Origin: an uncultured archaeon | GTDB taxonomy: Archaea; Hadarchaeota; Hadarchaeia; Hadarchaeales; WYZ-LMO6 | Assembly: GCA_938074535.1 (NCBI GenBank) | Contig: CALJER010000007.1 | Coordinates: 1 to 37,726, forward strand | Length of the DNA stretch: 37,726 nucleotides | Reading direction: 5' to 3' | In this document: positions 17,398-26,242 of the stretch, in pieces | Layout: each line of letters starts with the position of its first letter | Numbering within the stretch: the stretch's first letter is position 1 | Made by a program: the position numbers and the translations under genes | The notes under the pieces: generated by a model | The model's input: only the letters and a program-made list of their open reading frames with translations | Told to the model about the DNA's origin: nothing | Databases searched by the model: none

Positions 17398-18760
17398 GCA
17401 GCTCCTCCAGCTTTTCCCTCAGGAGCCCCACCGCTTCCCTGGGGTTCGCCCTCCCGCCGCTTGCCCTCACCACCCTGCCCGTGAGGAAGTTCAGGGCTTC
17501 CTCCCTACCCGCGAGGTAGTCCCTCACGGCCTCCCGGTTCTCCTCCATCACCCTCTCCACCAGCTCCTCCAGCTCCCCCCTCCCCAGCGGGAGAAGACCC
17601 ATCCTGAGGAGGATCTCCTCAGGGTCCGCCGGCTCCCTCGCCAGCTCCCTGAGGACGAGCTCCCCCTGCTCCGGGGAGATCCTCCCCCCCTCCACCATCT
17701 TGAGGAGGGAGAGGAGCTGCTCGGCGGAGAACCCCACCTCCCCCGCCCTGAGGCCCATGTAGTTCAGGACCTTCTTCAGCTTGGTCCTGAACCAGTCGGC
17801 CGCGAAGAGGGGGTTCACTTCCCGCGCCACCCTCTCGAAGAGGTCGGCCAGCTCCCTCTCGCCGGTGATGACCCTGGCGGAGGCCGGAGGGAGCCCGTAC
17901 TTCTCCACCAGCCTCCTTTCCCTGAGATGGGGGGGCTCCACCATCCTTCCCCTCACCTCTTCCACCCACTCCTCCTCCAGCAGGACGGGGGGGAGGTCGG
18001 GGTCAGGGATGTACCTGTAGTCCTCCTCCAGCTCCTTCGTGCGCATGGGCACGGTAATCATCTGGCTCTCCAGGTAGGCCCTCGTCTCCCTGCTCACCCT
18101 CTCCCCCCTCCTGAGCCTCTCCGCCTGGCGCTGGAGCTCGAACTTCAGGGCCCTGTAGGTCCCCTTCACCGAGTTGATGTTCTTCACCTCCACCCTGCCG
18201 CCCCCCTCCAGCGAGACGTTGACGTCCACCCTCATCGCGCCGCCGGCCTCCGGCCTCACCTTTCCCGTGTACTCCAGCACCCTGATGAGGGAGCGCAGGA
18301 AGCGCCTGGCCTCCTCCGGGGAGCGGAGGTCGGGCTCCGTCACGATCTCCACCAGGGGAATGCCCGAGCGGTTGAAGTCCACGGATCCCGAAACGGGATC
18401 GTACTGCCCCGGATCCTCCTCCAGGTGCACTTCCCTTATCCTCACCCCCTCCAGGCTCCCCTCCAGGGCCAGGGGCAGGCTGGTGCGCTGGTATCCGCTG
18501 GGCAGGTCGGGGTAGTCGTAGTGCTTCCTCTGGATGTAGAGGGGCTTGCCCGTCTGGACCCTGCAGCCCAGCATGAGGGAGATCTCCACCGCCGCCTCCA
18601 CCGCCGCCCGGTTGGGCCTCATGGGCTTGGCCCCGGGCATGCCCGTGCAGATGGGGCACACGTTGGTGTTGGGGGGAACCTCAGCGTAGTTGGTGGGGCA
18701 GTCGCAGTACAGCTTCCTCTCCGTCCTCAGCTGCAGATGCACCTCGAAGCCTATCTTCAC
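17375..18760 (-). CDS. gatB: Asp/Glu-tRNA amidotransferase subunit B
   Basis: KIGFEVHLQL, PNTNVCPICTGMPG, RKHYDYPDLP, HLEEDPG, VEVKNINS, DYRYIPDPDLP; start at GTG 18760 just after the gatA stop. Confidence 0.96.
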   Translation of the reverse strand: MKIGFEVHLQLRTERKLYCDCPTNYAEVPPNTNVCPICTGMPGAKPMRPNRAAVEAAVEISLMLGCRVQTGKPLYIQRKHYDYPDLPSGYQRTSLPLALEGSLEGVRIREVHLEEDPGQYDPVSGSVDFNRSGIPLVEIVTEPDLRSPEEARRFLRSLIRVLEYTGKVRPEAGGAMRVDVNVSLEGGGRVEVKNINSVKGTYRALKFELQRQAERLRRGERVSRETRAYLESQMITVPMRTKELEEDYRYIPDPDLPPVLLEEEWVEEVRGRMVEPPHLRERRLVEKYGLPPASARVITGERELADLFERVAREVNPLFAADWFRTKLKKVLNYMGLRAGEVGFSAEQLLSLLKMVEGGRISPEQGELVLRELAREPADPEEILLRMGLLPLGRGELEELVERVMEENREAVRDYLAGREEALNFLTGRVVRASGGRANPREAVGLLREKLEELRGKGQTS

Positions 18761-18762
18761 CT

Positions 18763-20118
18763 CTATGCTCCCGCCTCCAGCGCCCTCATCACCCTCAGGA
18801 TCTTCTCCTCCCCCAGGGGAGGGCCCTGAACCTGGATTCCCACCGGGATCCCTCCCACCTCGCCCGCCTTCACCACCCCGGCGCAGATGCCGGCCAGGTT
18901 GGCGGGAACGGTGAGGTAGTCGTAGGCGTACATCTCCAGGGGGGAGAGCTTCTGCCCCAGCCTGTGGGGGAGCTTGGGCACCGTGGGGCCCACCAGCACC
19001 TCCACCCTCCTGAAGGCCGAGGAGAACTCCTTCCTTATCAGCGTTCTGAGCTGGAGGGCCCTCTGGTAGTACTTCCCTCGGTATTCCTTTCTGCTTATGT
19101 AGCTCCCCATGGCTATCCTTCTGAGCACCTCCTCCCCGCACACCTCCTCGATGCGCTTCCCGTACTTCCTCCCGTCGTACCTCCTGGTGGCGGAGAAGAA
19201 CTCCACCGAGACGATCAGGTAGTAGGCGGAGAGGGCATGCTCCAGGTGGGGGATGGACACCTCCTCCACCTCCGCCCCCAGCTCCCTCAGCCTCTCCACC
19301 TTTCTCTCCACCACCTCGTTGATGCGTGGATCCGTGAGGAAGGAGAACTGGGGGCAGACCCCTATCCTCATCCCCCCCACATCCCCCTCCAGTTCGTACG
19401 ACACCCTCTCCACCTCCAGCATCATCCCCTCCCCGGGGTTCTTTCCGGCGATGCACTCCATGAGGAGGGAGAGGCCGTGGACATCGGGGGCGAGGGGACC
19501 TATCTGGTCGAGGCTCATCCCCAGGTCGATGAGACCATGCCTGGGGACCAAACCGTAGGTGGGCTTCAGCCCGGCCACCCCGCAGTGGCTGGCGGGGTTC
19601 CTTATGGATCCCCCCGTGTCCGTGCCCAGCGCCAGATCGCAAAGCCCAGCCGCCACCGCCGCCGCGCTCCCGCTGCTGGACCCCCCCGGGATGTAGCCAG
19701 GGGCGGAGGGGTTGCCGGTGGGGCCGAAGGCGCTGCTCTCCCCGCTCGAGCCGCAGGCGAACTCGTCCATGTTGGTCATCCCCACCACCACCCCCCCCTC
19801 CCTCCTGATCCTGGTGATGACCTCCGCATCGTAGGTGGAGACATAGTCCTCCAGCGTCCTGGAGGCGCAGGTGGCCCTCAGCCCCAGGACGTTGATGTTG
19901 GACTTGACCGCCACCACCAGCCCCGAGAGCCTTCCCCCCTCCCCCCTCCCGATCCTCCTGTCCACCTCCTCCGCCTCCTCCCTTGCCCTCGGGTTCAGCT
20001 GGAGGAAGGCGTTGAGCTCCCGGTTCATCTTCTCGATGCGCTCCAGAAACCTCTCCAGGTTCTCCACCGCGGAGAGCTCCCCACTCCTCAGGGCCTGCAG
20101 CTTCCCTAACGTGCCCAT
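18763..20118 (-). CDS. gatA: Asp/Glu-tRNA amidotransferase subunit A
   Basis: Amidase signature: VKSNI, NMDEFACGSSGE, GGSSSGS, GTDTGGSIR. Confidence 0.96.
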   Translation of the reverse strand: MGTLGKLQALRSGELSAVENLERFLERIEKMNRELNAFLQLNPRAREEAEEVDRRIGRGEGGRLSGLVVAVKSNINVLGLRATCASRTLEDYVSTYDAEVITRIRREGGVVVGMTNMDEFACGSSGESSAFGPTGNPSAPGYIPGGSSSGSAAAVAAGLCDLALGTDTGGSIRNPASHCGVAGLKPTYGLVPRHGLIDLGMSLDQIGPLAPDVHGLSLLMECIAGKNPGEGMMLEVERVSYELEGDVGGMRIGVCPQFSFLTDPRINEVVERKVERLRELGAEVEEVSIPHLEHALSAYYLIVSVEFFSATRRYDGRKYGKRIEEVCGEEVLRRIAMGSYISRKEYRGKYYQRALQLRTLIRKEFSSAFRRVEVLVGPTVPKLPHRLGQKLSPLEMYAYDYLTVPANLAGICAGVVKAGEVGGIPVGIQVQGPPLGEEKILRVMRALEAGA

Positions 20119-20375
20119 CCGGCGGCCTCCGACCTCAGGTTGCCCTCCTCGTCCCTGGAAGGGGCCAGGGAGAGGAGCCTCTTCCTGAAGGCTGCTCTCT
20201 CCCCCTCCGAAGAGGGCTTTCCGTCCTCCCTGAGGGCCCTGGGAAACTCCGGGAGGTAGTAGGTCTCCTCCTCCGCGGGAAGGGCCTCCAGGCTCCTGGA
20301 GAGGGCCTGCAGGATCTCCTCCGCCCCCCTCTCCACTTCCCTCCTCCAGTCTTCTCCCCTGGCTCTCACGCGCAA
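20106..20375 (-). CDS. gatC: Probable amidotransferase subunit C (divergent archaeal GatC)
   Basis: About 89 aa, overlaps the gatA start; AEEIL..LS..LE, ETYY...LRED, AP..DEEG pattern. Confidence 0.75.
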   Translation of the reverse strand: MRVRARGEDWRREVERGAEEILQALSRSLEALPAEEETYYLPEFPRALREDGKPSSEGERAAFRKRLLSLAPSRDEEGNLRSEAAGWAR

Positions 20376-20647
20376 AGCTCTACCGGCAACAAATTAAGCC
20401 CTTCTCCATCCTGTCTTGGTCGCTGGGAAGCTCGAGCGACTTGTTTCCTCGCGCGCCGAAGAGTTCGAGCGTTTGGTCCAAGAAGCTGACCTTGCCGTAG
20501 GCTCGTCCCGAGGAGCCCCAAAACGGGGCATGACCCTTAAAATCTCGTCGCGCCCACCCGCGGCGAGTCGGTTCCGAGCGGTTCTGCAGCACGTGGGGGC
20601 CTTCCCTCTCACCCCGTACACCGGGGAGATCCAGCGGGAGACCAAAG

Positions 20648-21154
20648 TTAGGGTTTGGGAAAAACCCAGAAATCGCAGTGCTCGTCCCCCTGGGAAACGC
20701 ACCTCACCTCTTCCACCTTGAACTTCATCCCCACGAACACCTCCGTTACCCCGGCTATGAAGCCGGCGAGGTAGTGGCAGGCCTTCATCCCCGTCTTCAG
20801 CCTCTTGGAGATGAAGGTGCCTCCCCTGAACCTGAAGATCCTCCTGTCCCCCTCCTTGAAGAACTCGATCTCCCCCGCCCCCGTGCACTCGAAGAAGGCG
20901 TTCGAGTACCTCACCTTCTCCTTTATATTCTTCCCCTCCAGGCGGAACTCCTCCATCATCCACTTCCCGGCCTTCCTCCCGCAGCCCTCCCCTATCTCGT
21001 AGAGGAGGGAATAGGGAAGGCCCGTCCTTATGTCCCTGGGTATCACCTCTTCCGTCTTCCTTCCCATGTGGAGCATGCAGCAGAACCACATCTCAAAGGC
21101 CTTCCTCCAGTTCTCCGTCAGGTACTTCTTCATCTCTTCCTTCTCCGCTTCCAT
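20648..21154 (-). CDS. Stand-alone V4R domain protein
   Basis: LLYEIGEGCG, CHYLAGFIAG, EEVRCVSQGDEHCDF. Confidence 0.88.
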   Translation of the reverse strand: MEAEKEEMKKYLTENWRKAFEMWFCCMLHMGRKTEEVIPRDIRTGLPYSLLYEIGEGCGRKAGKWMMEEFRLEGKNIKEKVRYSNAFFECTGAGEIEFFKEGDRRIFRFRGGTFISKRLKTGMKACHYLAGFIAGVTEVFVGMKFKVEEVRCVSQGDEHCDFWVFPKP

Positions 21155-21227
21155 CCTTTCCCCCTCTTCTTCCCCCCTATAATAGCCTCTCGCCCCGGCT
21201 CAACTCTAAAAGTCCCCTCCTCCACCT

Positions 21228-22268
21228 ATGGGGAGGATGAAAAGACCCGCCGAGTTCTGGAAGCCCGAGGGAGAGGGAGTAAGGTGCCTGCTCTGTCCCA
21301 GGCTCTGTCTGATCCCGGAGGGGAAGACGGGCTTCTGCAGGGCAAGGAAAAACGAGGGGGGAAGGCTCTACACCCTCATCTACGGAGCCGTGACCGCCGC
21401 CAACCCCGATCCCATCGAGAAGAAGCCCCTGCACCACTTCTGGCCGGGCTCCCTGGTCTTCTCCCTCTCCAGCGTGGGGTGCAACTTCAAGTGCGACTTC
21501 TGCCAGAACTGGGAGCTCTCCCAGTGCAGGCCAGGAGAGGTCTACGCCAGGGAGCTTCCTCCGGAGGAGGCGGTGGAGGGGGCGAAGGAAACGGGATGTT
21601 CCGGCATAGCCTTCACCTACAACGAACCCTCCATCTGGTGGGAGTACTGCTACGAGGTCTCCAGGGAGGCGAAGAAGGAGGACCTGTACACGGTGATGGT
21701 GACCAACGGCTACCTCAACCTCCCCGCCTGGGAGAAGCTCTCCCCCTACCTGGATGCGGCCAACGTGGACGTGAAGGCCTTCACCGACAGGTTCTACCGC
21801 AGGTTCCCCGGCGTTCCGAGCCTGAAGCCCGTGCTGGAGAGCTGCGAGTGGCTGGCGAGGAGGGGAAAACACCTGGAAATCACCTATCTCCTCATCCCAG
21901 GGGAGAACGACGATCCGGGAGAGATAAGGGAGTTCTGCAGGTGGGTGAGGGAAAAACTCTCCCCCGACATCCCCGTCCACTTCAGCAGGTTCTTCCCCCA
22001 CTACCGGCTGCAGGACAAACCTCCCACCCCCCTTGCCGCGCTGGAGAAGGCCAGGGGGATAGCCGGGGAGGAGGGAATAGAGTTCGTTTACCTTGGGAAC
22101 GTGTCCCTGCGCGGGGCGGAAGACACCCGCTGTCCCTCGTGCGGGGAGCTGCTGGTGAGGAGGGAGGGCTTCACCGTCCTGGAATACAGGCTGAAGGAGG
22201 GGAGGTGCCAGAAATGCGGGAGGAAGATAAGGATGGTGGGAGAGTTCAGGAAAGGGGGAAGGTGGTGA
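21228..22268 (+). CDS. amrS: AmmeMemoRadiSam system radical SAM enzyme
   Basis: CLLCPRLC, DPIEKKPLHHF, GCNFKCDFCQN, FTYNEP, HFSRFFP, VYLGNV, CPSCG. Confidence 0.92.
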   Translation: MGRMKRPAEFWKPEGEGVRCLLCPRLCLIPEGKTGFCRARKNEGGRLYTLIYGAVTAANPDPIEKKPLHHFWPGSLVFSLSSVGCNFKCDFCQNWELSQCRPGEVYARELPPEEAVEGAKETGCSGIAFTYNEPSIWWEYCYEVSREAKKEDLYTVMVTNGYLNLPAWEKLSPYLDAANVDVKAFTDRFYRRFPGVPSLKPVLESCEWLARRGKHLEITYLLIPGENDDPGEIREFCRWVREKLSPDIPVHFSRFFPHYRLQDKPPTPLAALEKARGIAGEEGIEFVYLGNVSLRGAEDTRCPSCGELLVRREGFTVLEYRLKEGRCQKCGRKIRMVGEFRKGGRW

Positions 22269-22272
22269 GAGT

Positions 22273-23328
22273 CTGGAAACCTACGACGTAGGAAGCCTGC
22301 CCCCTCCCGGGGAGGAGGGTAAGCTGGAGGAGGGAAGGAGGAAATATGCCAGGGGAGAGGGTGGACCGGAGGCGGAGTGCTTCGAGAGGACGGTGCTCTC
22401 CTCCTTCCTGGACAAACTCAGATGCGGGCTCACCCTTCCCAACTACCCCCAGTTCTCCGACATGGTCAGGAGCTTCCTGGAGCCCATGCGCGGGGTGAGG
22501 AAGAAGGGGGAGGGCTACGTGCTGGAGGAGGAGCCCTCGGTGAAGCAGGGTGAGGAGGTCCTCCCCGAGCTGAGGGTCCTGCTCGGCCACTCGGACAGGC
22601 TCGCGGAGGGGGGAGAGGTCAGGATGAAGGTGTGCGTGACCGGCCCGTACACGCTGGCCTCCCTCTTCCCCGGATGGGACGAGAGCCTCTTCACCCTCCT
22701 CTCCAGGCCCCTGGCCAAAATGGTGTCGGAGAACCTCTTCAGGACCAGGGGACTCAGGGTGGAGCTCCTCTCCCTGGATGAGCCCGTCTTCGGAGTGGAC
22801 GACCCCAGGCTGGACAGGGGAGGGGAAGGGAGGGAAGCCCTGCTGAAGGCCTGGGAGGAGGTGCTGGGGGCGGCGAGGAGGAGGGGAGCGAAGACCGCGC
22901 TGCACCTGCACAACACCTCCGACGGGCTCTTCTGGGAGCTGGAGAACCTGGACGTGGTGGAGTCCCACGTGGGGGATCTCCTCTACTCCTCCCCCGAAAC
23001 CTCCCGCCTGCTGGAGAGGAGGGACAAGGTTCTGAAGGCCAGCATAGCCAGGACGGACTTCGACAGGCTGGTGGAGGAGAGGGTGGGAGCGGGCGAAAGG
23101 GTGGGGGAGGTCTGGAAGGGGATCAGGGAGGGCCGGATGGAAGCCGAGGAGTACCTGGAGGACGAAAAGGAGATGGGCCTCAGGCTCAGGAAGATCGTGG
23201 AGAGGTTCGGGAGGGAGAGGGTGCCCTACGCCGGACCGGAGTGCGGGCTCAGGGGCTTCCCCACCTACCGGAGCGCCCTGGAGTGCCTGAGGAGGGTGGG
23301 GAGGGCCGTGGCCTCCGGGGGCTCCTAG
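22273..23328 (+). CDS. Core methionine synthase-like (MetE C-terminal / UROD-MetE fold) protein; probable CTG start
   Basis: TYDVGSLP, PNYPQFSDM, CVTGPYTL, SLDEP, GPECGLRGF; frame open from 22231. Confidence 0.75.
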   Translation: METYDVGSLPPPGEEGKLEEGRRKYARGEGGPEAECFERTVLSSFLDKLRCGLTLPNYPQFSDMVRSFLEPMRGVRKKGEGYVLEEEPSVKQGEEVLPELRVLLGHSDRLAEGGEVRMKVCVTGPYTLASLFPGWDESLFTLLSRPLAKMVSENLFRTRGLRVELLSLDEPVFGVDDPRLDRGGEGREALLKAWEEVLGAARRRGAKTALHLHNTSDGLFWELENLDVVESHVGDLLYSSPETSRLLERRDKVLKASIARTDFDRLVEERVGAGERVGEVWKGIREGRMEAEEYLEDEKEMGLRLRKIVERFGRERVPYAGPECGLRGFPTYRSALECLRRVGRAVASGGS

Positions 23329-23339
23329 GCCGATGCACC

Positions 23340-24695
23340 TCAGGCCGAAATTTTTCCCACCGCCTCCCTGAGCTTCCGGAGCCCCAGCTCCGCCAGCTCC
23401 CTCGCCCTCTTCTCCGTCCTGGCCTCCGCGAAGCACCTGAAGATGGGCTCCGTGCCGGAAGGCCTGAGGAGCAGCCACCCGTCCTCCATCTGTATCTTCA
23501 GCCCGTCCCTCCGGTCCTGGGGATGGGAGGAGAACTCCTCCACCAACTTCTCCATCACCCTCCCCTTCAGCTCGTTGGGGCAGGAAATCCTCTCCTTCAC
23601 CTGGAAGTAAAGGGGAAGCGTGGCGTCGAACTCCGAGGTCTTCCTCCCGCTCTCCGCCAGGGCCTCCACGAACTTGAGGGAGGTGAAGATGCCCTCCCTG
23701 CACATGGACCAGTCGAAAAACATGACGCCGCCGTTCTCCTCCCCTCCCAGGTCCCCGCCGTTCCTCTTGAACTCGCCCACGATCTCCGGCTCGCCCACCC
23801 TGGTGCGCACCACCTCTCCCCCCAGCTCCCTGGCCACGTCGTCTATCACGGAGCTCGTGGCCACGGGCGTGATGATCCTGGGCTTTTTCCTCCCCCTCAG
23901 GTAGTGCCTGGCCACCAGGGCGAACACCCTGTCCCCCATCAGCACCCTGCCGGTCTCATCGGCCACCACGGAGCGGTCCGCGTCCCCGTCCAGCGCTATC
24001 CCCAGATCCGCCCCGCAGGAGGCCACCGTGCGGGAGAGGAGGGTGAGGTTCTCGGGCAGGGGTTCCAGCTTCCTGGAGGGATAGGTCCCGTCCAGATAGT
24101 CGTTCAGGGAGATCACCTGCATGCCCAGGTCGGAGAGGAGTCCTGGGACCACCAGGGAACCCACGGCGTTCCCGCAGTCCACCACCACCTTCAGCTTCCT
24201 CCCCGGACCCTTCACCCTCCTCAGCACCTCCTCCCTGTAGGGCTCCAGGGCATCGGCCTCCTCCACTCCCCCTATCTCCCTCCACCCCACCTTCCTCAGC
24301 CTTCCCTCCTCCAGCAGCCTCTCTATCTCCCCTTCCCTCTCCCTCGAGAAACCGCTCCCGTCGGCCTCCCAGAACTTCACCCCGTTGTACTCCGGCGGGT
24401 TGTGGGAGGCCGTGATCATCACCCCCGCCGAACACCGGTAGTACCTCAACCCGAAGGAAAACACGGGCGTGGGCACCATCCCCAGCCTCAGGACCCTGCA
24501 TCCCCCGGAGGTCAGGCCGGAGATCACGGCCTGCTCCAGCATCTCCGAAGAGGTTCGGTTGTCCCTTCCCACCGCCACCTCCCCCTGGTTCCCCAGGTGG
24601 GTGGCCAGGGCCAGGCCGAGCCTGTAGACCAGCTCCGGGGTGAGCTCGACGTTGGCCAGCCCCCTCACCCCGAAGGTCCCGAAGAGCTTGGGCAT
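23340..24695 (-). CDS. glmM: Phosphoglucosamine mutase / phosphomannomutase
   Basis: LFGTFGVRG, ITASHNPPEYNG, DGDADR, GGEENGG, RPSGTEP. Confidence 0.9.
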   Translation of the reverse strand: MPKLFGTFGVRGLANVELTPELVYRLGLALATHLGNQGEVAVGRDNRTSSEMLEQAVISGLTSGGCRVLRLGMVPTPVFSFGLRYYRCSAGVMITASHNPPEYNGVKFWEADGSGFSREREGEIERLLEEGRLRKVGWREIGGVEEADALEPYREEVLRRVKGPGRKLKVVVDCGNAVGSLVVPGLLSDLGMQVISLNDYLDGTYPSRKLEPLPENLTLLSRTVASCGADLGIALDGDADRSVVADETGRVLMGDRVFALVARHYLRGRKKPRIITPVATSSVIDDVARELGGEVVRTRVGEPEIVGEFKRNGGDLGGEENGGVMFFDWSMCREGIFTSLKFVEALAESGRKTSEFDATLPLYFQVKERISCPNELKGRVMEKLVEEFSSHPQDRRDGLKIQMEDGWLLLRPSGTEPIFRCFAEARTEKRARELAELGLRKLREAVGKISA

Positions 24696-24738
24696 CACTA
24701 AACTCCTCCTGGTGGCTATAAAAGGGGAAAAGCCGTGC

Positions 24739-25401
24739 CTATCCTCCTTCCCTCTTCCCGGACCTGGCCTGCCCCCTCACCGCCTCCACGAACTCCCTCA
24801 TGAGCCTCCCGTCCTTTACCCCGGGCGAGAGCTCTATTCCGCTGGATACGTCGACCCCGTCCGGCCTCACCTCCAGGATGGCCCTCCCCACGTTGCCTGG
24901 ATGAAGCCCTCCCGCCAGGAAAACGGGCTTCCTCAGGTGCTCCCTTATCCTCCTGCTCAGCGACCAGTCGTGCGGCGCTCCCGTTCCCCCTCCCAGCGGG
25001 CCCGCCGTGTCCAGAAGCACGTAGTCCCCCACCTCCTCCGCCTCCCTGGCCCTCCTCCACAGTTCCTCCCCCGGGCTGGGGGGGACCGGAACCGTGACCA
25101 TGAGCTCCCCTCCCTCCCTTCTGCCCAGCTCATGCGGGGGGAAGAAGGGGTTCACCTGCAGGACCTCCGGCCCCAGCCTCCGGTAGACCTCCCACACCTC
25201 CTCGGGCCTCTGGGGCCTGAGCACGGCCACGGTCCTCGCCCTTCCCCTCACCCTCGAGAAGAGCCCCCTGGCCCTCTCGAGGGAGATCCTCCTGGGGGAG
25301 CCGGGGACGAGGATCACGCCCACCAGCTCCACGCCCAGCTCGCAGGCCCTCTCCACATCCTCCTCCCTGGTGAAGCCGCACATCTTTATCAGAACGCCCA
25401 T
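24739..25401 (-). CDS. trpF: Phosphoribosylanthranilate isomerase
   Basis: IKMCG, LLDT..GGGTG..HDW, LAGGL.P.NV, GVDVSSGIE. Confidence 0.95.
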   Translation of the reverse strand: MGVLIKMCGFTREEDVERACELGVELVGVILVPGSPRRISLERARGLFSRVRGRARTVAVLRPQRPEEVWEVYRRLGPEVLQVNPFFPPHELGRREGGELMVTVPVPPSPGEELWRRAREAEEVGDYVLLDTAGPLGGGTGAPHDWSLSRRIREHLRKPVFLAGGLHPGNVGRAILEVRPDGVDVSSGIELSPGVKDGRLMREFVEAVRGQARSGKREGG

Positions 25402-25432
25402 CTCACACCCTTTCCCTGCGGGAAAAGAAGGT

Positions 25433-26242
25433 TTACGGAGGGGACCTGGTGGCCTCCTTCAAGGACCTCACGAACTTCGAGATGCTGGGGAGGGTCTGCT
25501 CAGGCTCCTCCAGTCTCTCCGAGTAAATCCTGGCGATGGCGCTTCCCACCACGCACCCGTCCGCTCCCGCTCGGAGGAGGGAAACCACGTGCTCCGGGCG
25601 GGAGATACCGAAGCCGGCCAAAAGGGGAAGGGAGGTGAGCCTCCTCACCCTCCCCATCAGCTCCACCGTCGAGGGCTCCAGCTCCTCCCTGGCACCCGTC
25701 ACCCCCTCTACCCCTATCACGTAGAGGAAGCCCGAGGCCTTCCCCACGATCCTCTCCATCCTCCTCCCGCTCGTGGTGGGGGCCACCTGGAAGATCAGGT
25801 GGAGGCCCTCTCCCCTTGCCGACTCCAGCAGCTCGTCCGCCTCCTCCACGGGGAGGTCGGGCACGATGAGACCCTGGGCACCCGCCCTCCTGACCTCCGC
25901 ACAGAACTTCCCCAGACCCATGGAGAGGATCACGTTGTAGTAGGTGGTGAGGAGGACGGGGAGGTGCAGGCCCTCCTCCCTGAGCCTCCTCAGGGCCTCC
26001 AGACATCCCCTGGGGGTCACGCCTGCCGCCAGCGCCCTCTCGCAGGCGGCTATGAAGGTGGGCCCGTCGGCGATGGGGTCGGAGAAAGGGATCCCCAGCT
26101 CCAGCAGGTCCGCCCCGCCCTCCGCCAGCGTGCGGATGAGCCTGAAGGAGAAGGCCGGGGAGGGATCGCCGAAGTACACGTGCGGCATGAGGGCCCCTTC
26201 CCCCCTCCTCCTGAGCTCCTCCAGCCTTTTCTCAAGCTCCAT
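25433..26242 (-). CDS. trpA: Tryptophan synthase alpha chain
   Basis: ELGIPFSDPIADGP, IVPDLP, GVTGAR, GFGIS, VVGSA. Confidence 0.96.
   Translation of the reverse strand: MELEKRLEELRRRGEGALMPHVYFGDPSPAFSFRLIRTLAEGGADLLELGIPFSDPIADGPTFIAACERALAAGVTPRGCLEALRRLREEGLHLPVLLTTYYNVILSMGLGKFCAEVRRAGAQGLIVPDLPVEEADELLESARGEGLHLIFQVAPTTSGRRMERIVGKASGFLYVIGVEGVTGAREELEPSTVELMGRVRRLTSLPLLAGFGISRPEHVVSLLRAGADGCVVGSAIARIYSERLEEPEQTLPSISKFVRSLKEATRSPP

Noticed and set aside
17375-19642. 755-aa ORF suggesting an extended or fused GatB
   Set aside because: The extra N-terminus is an alternative frame over gatA; GatB homology begins at GTG 18760
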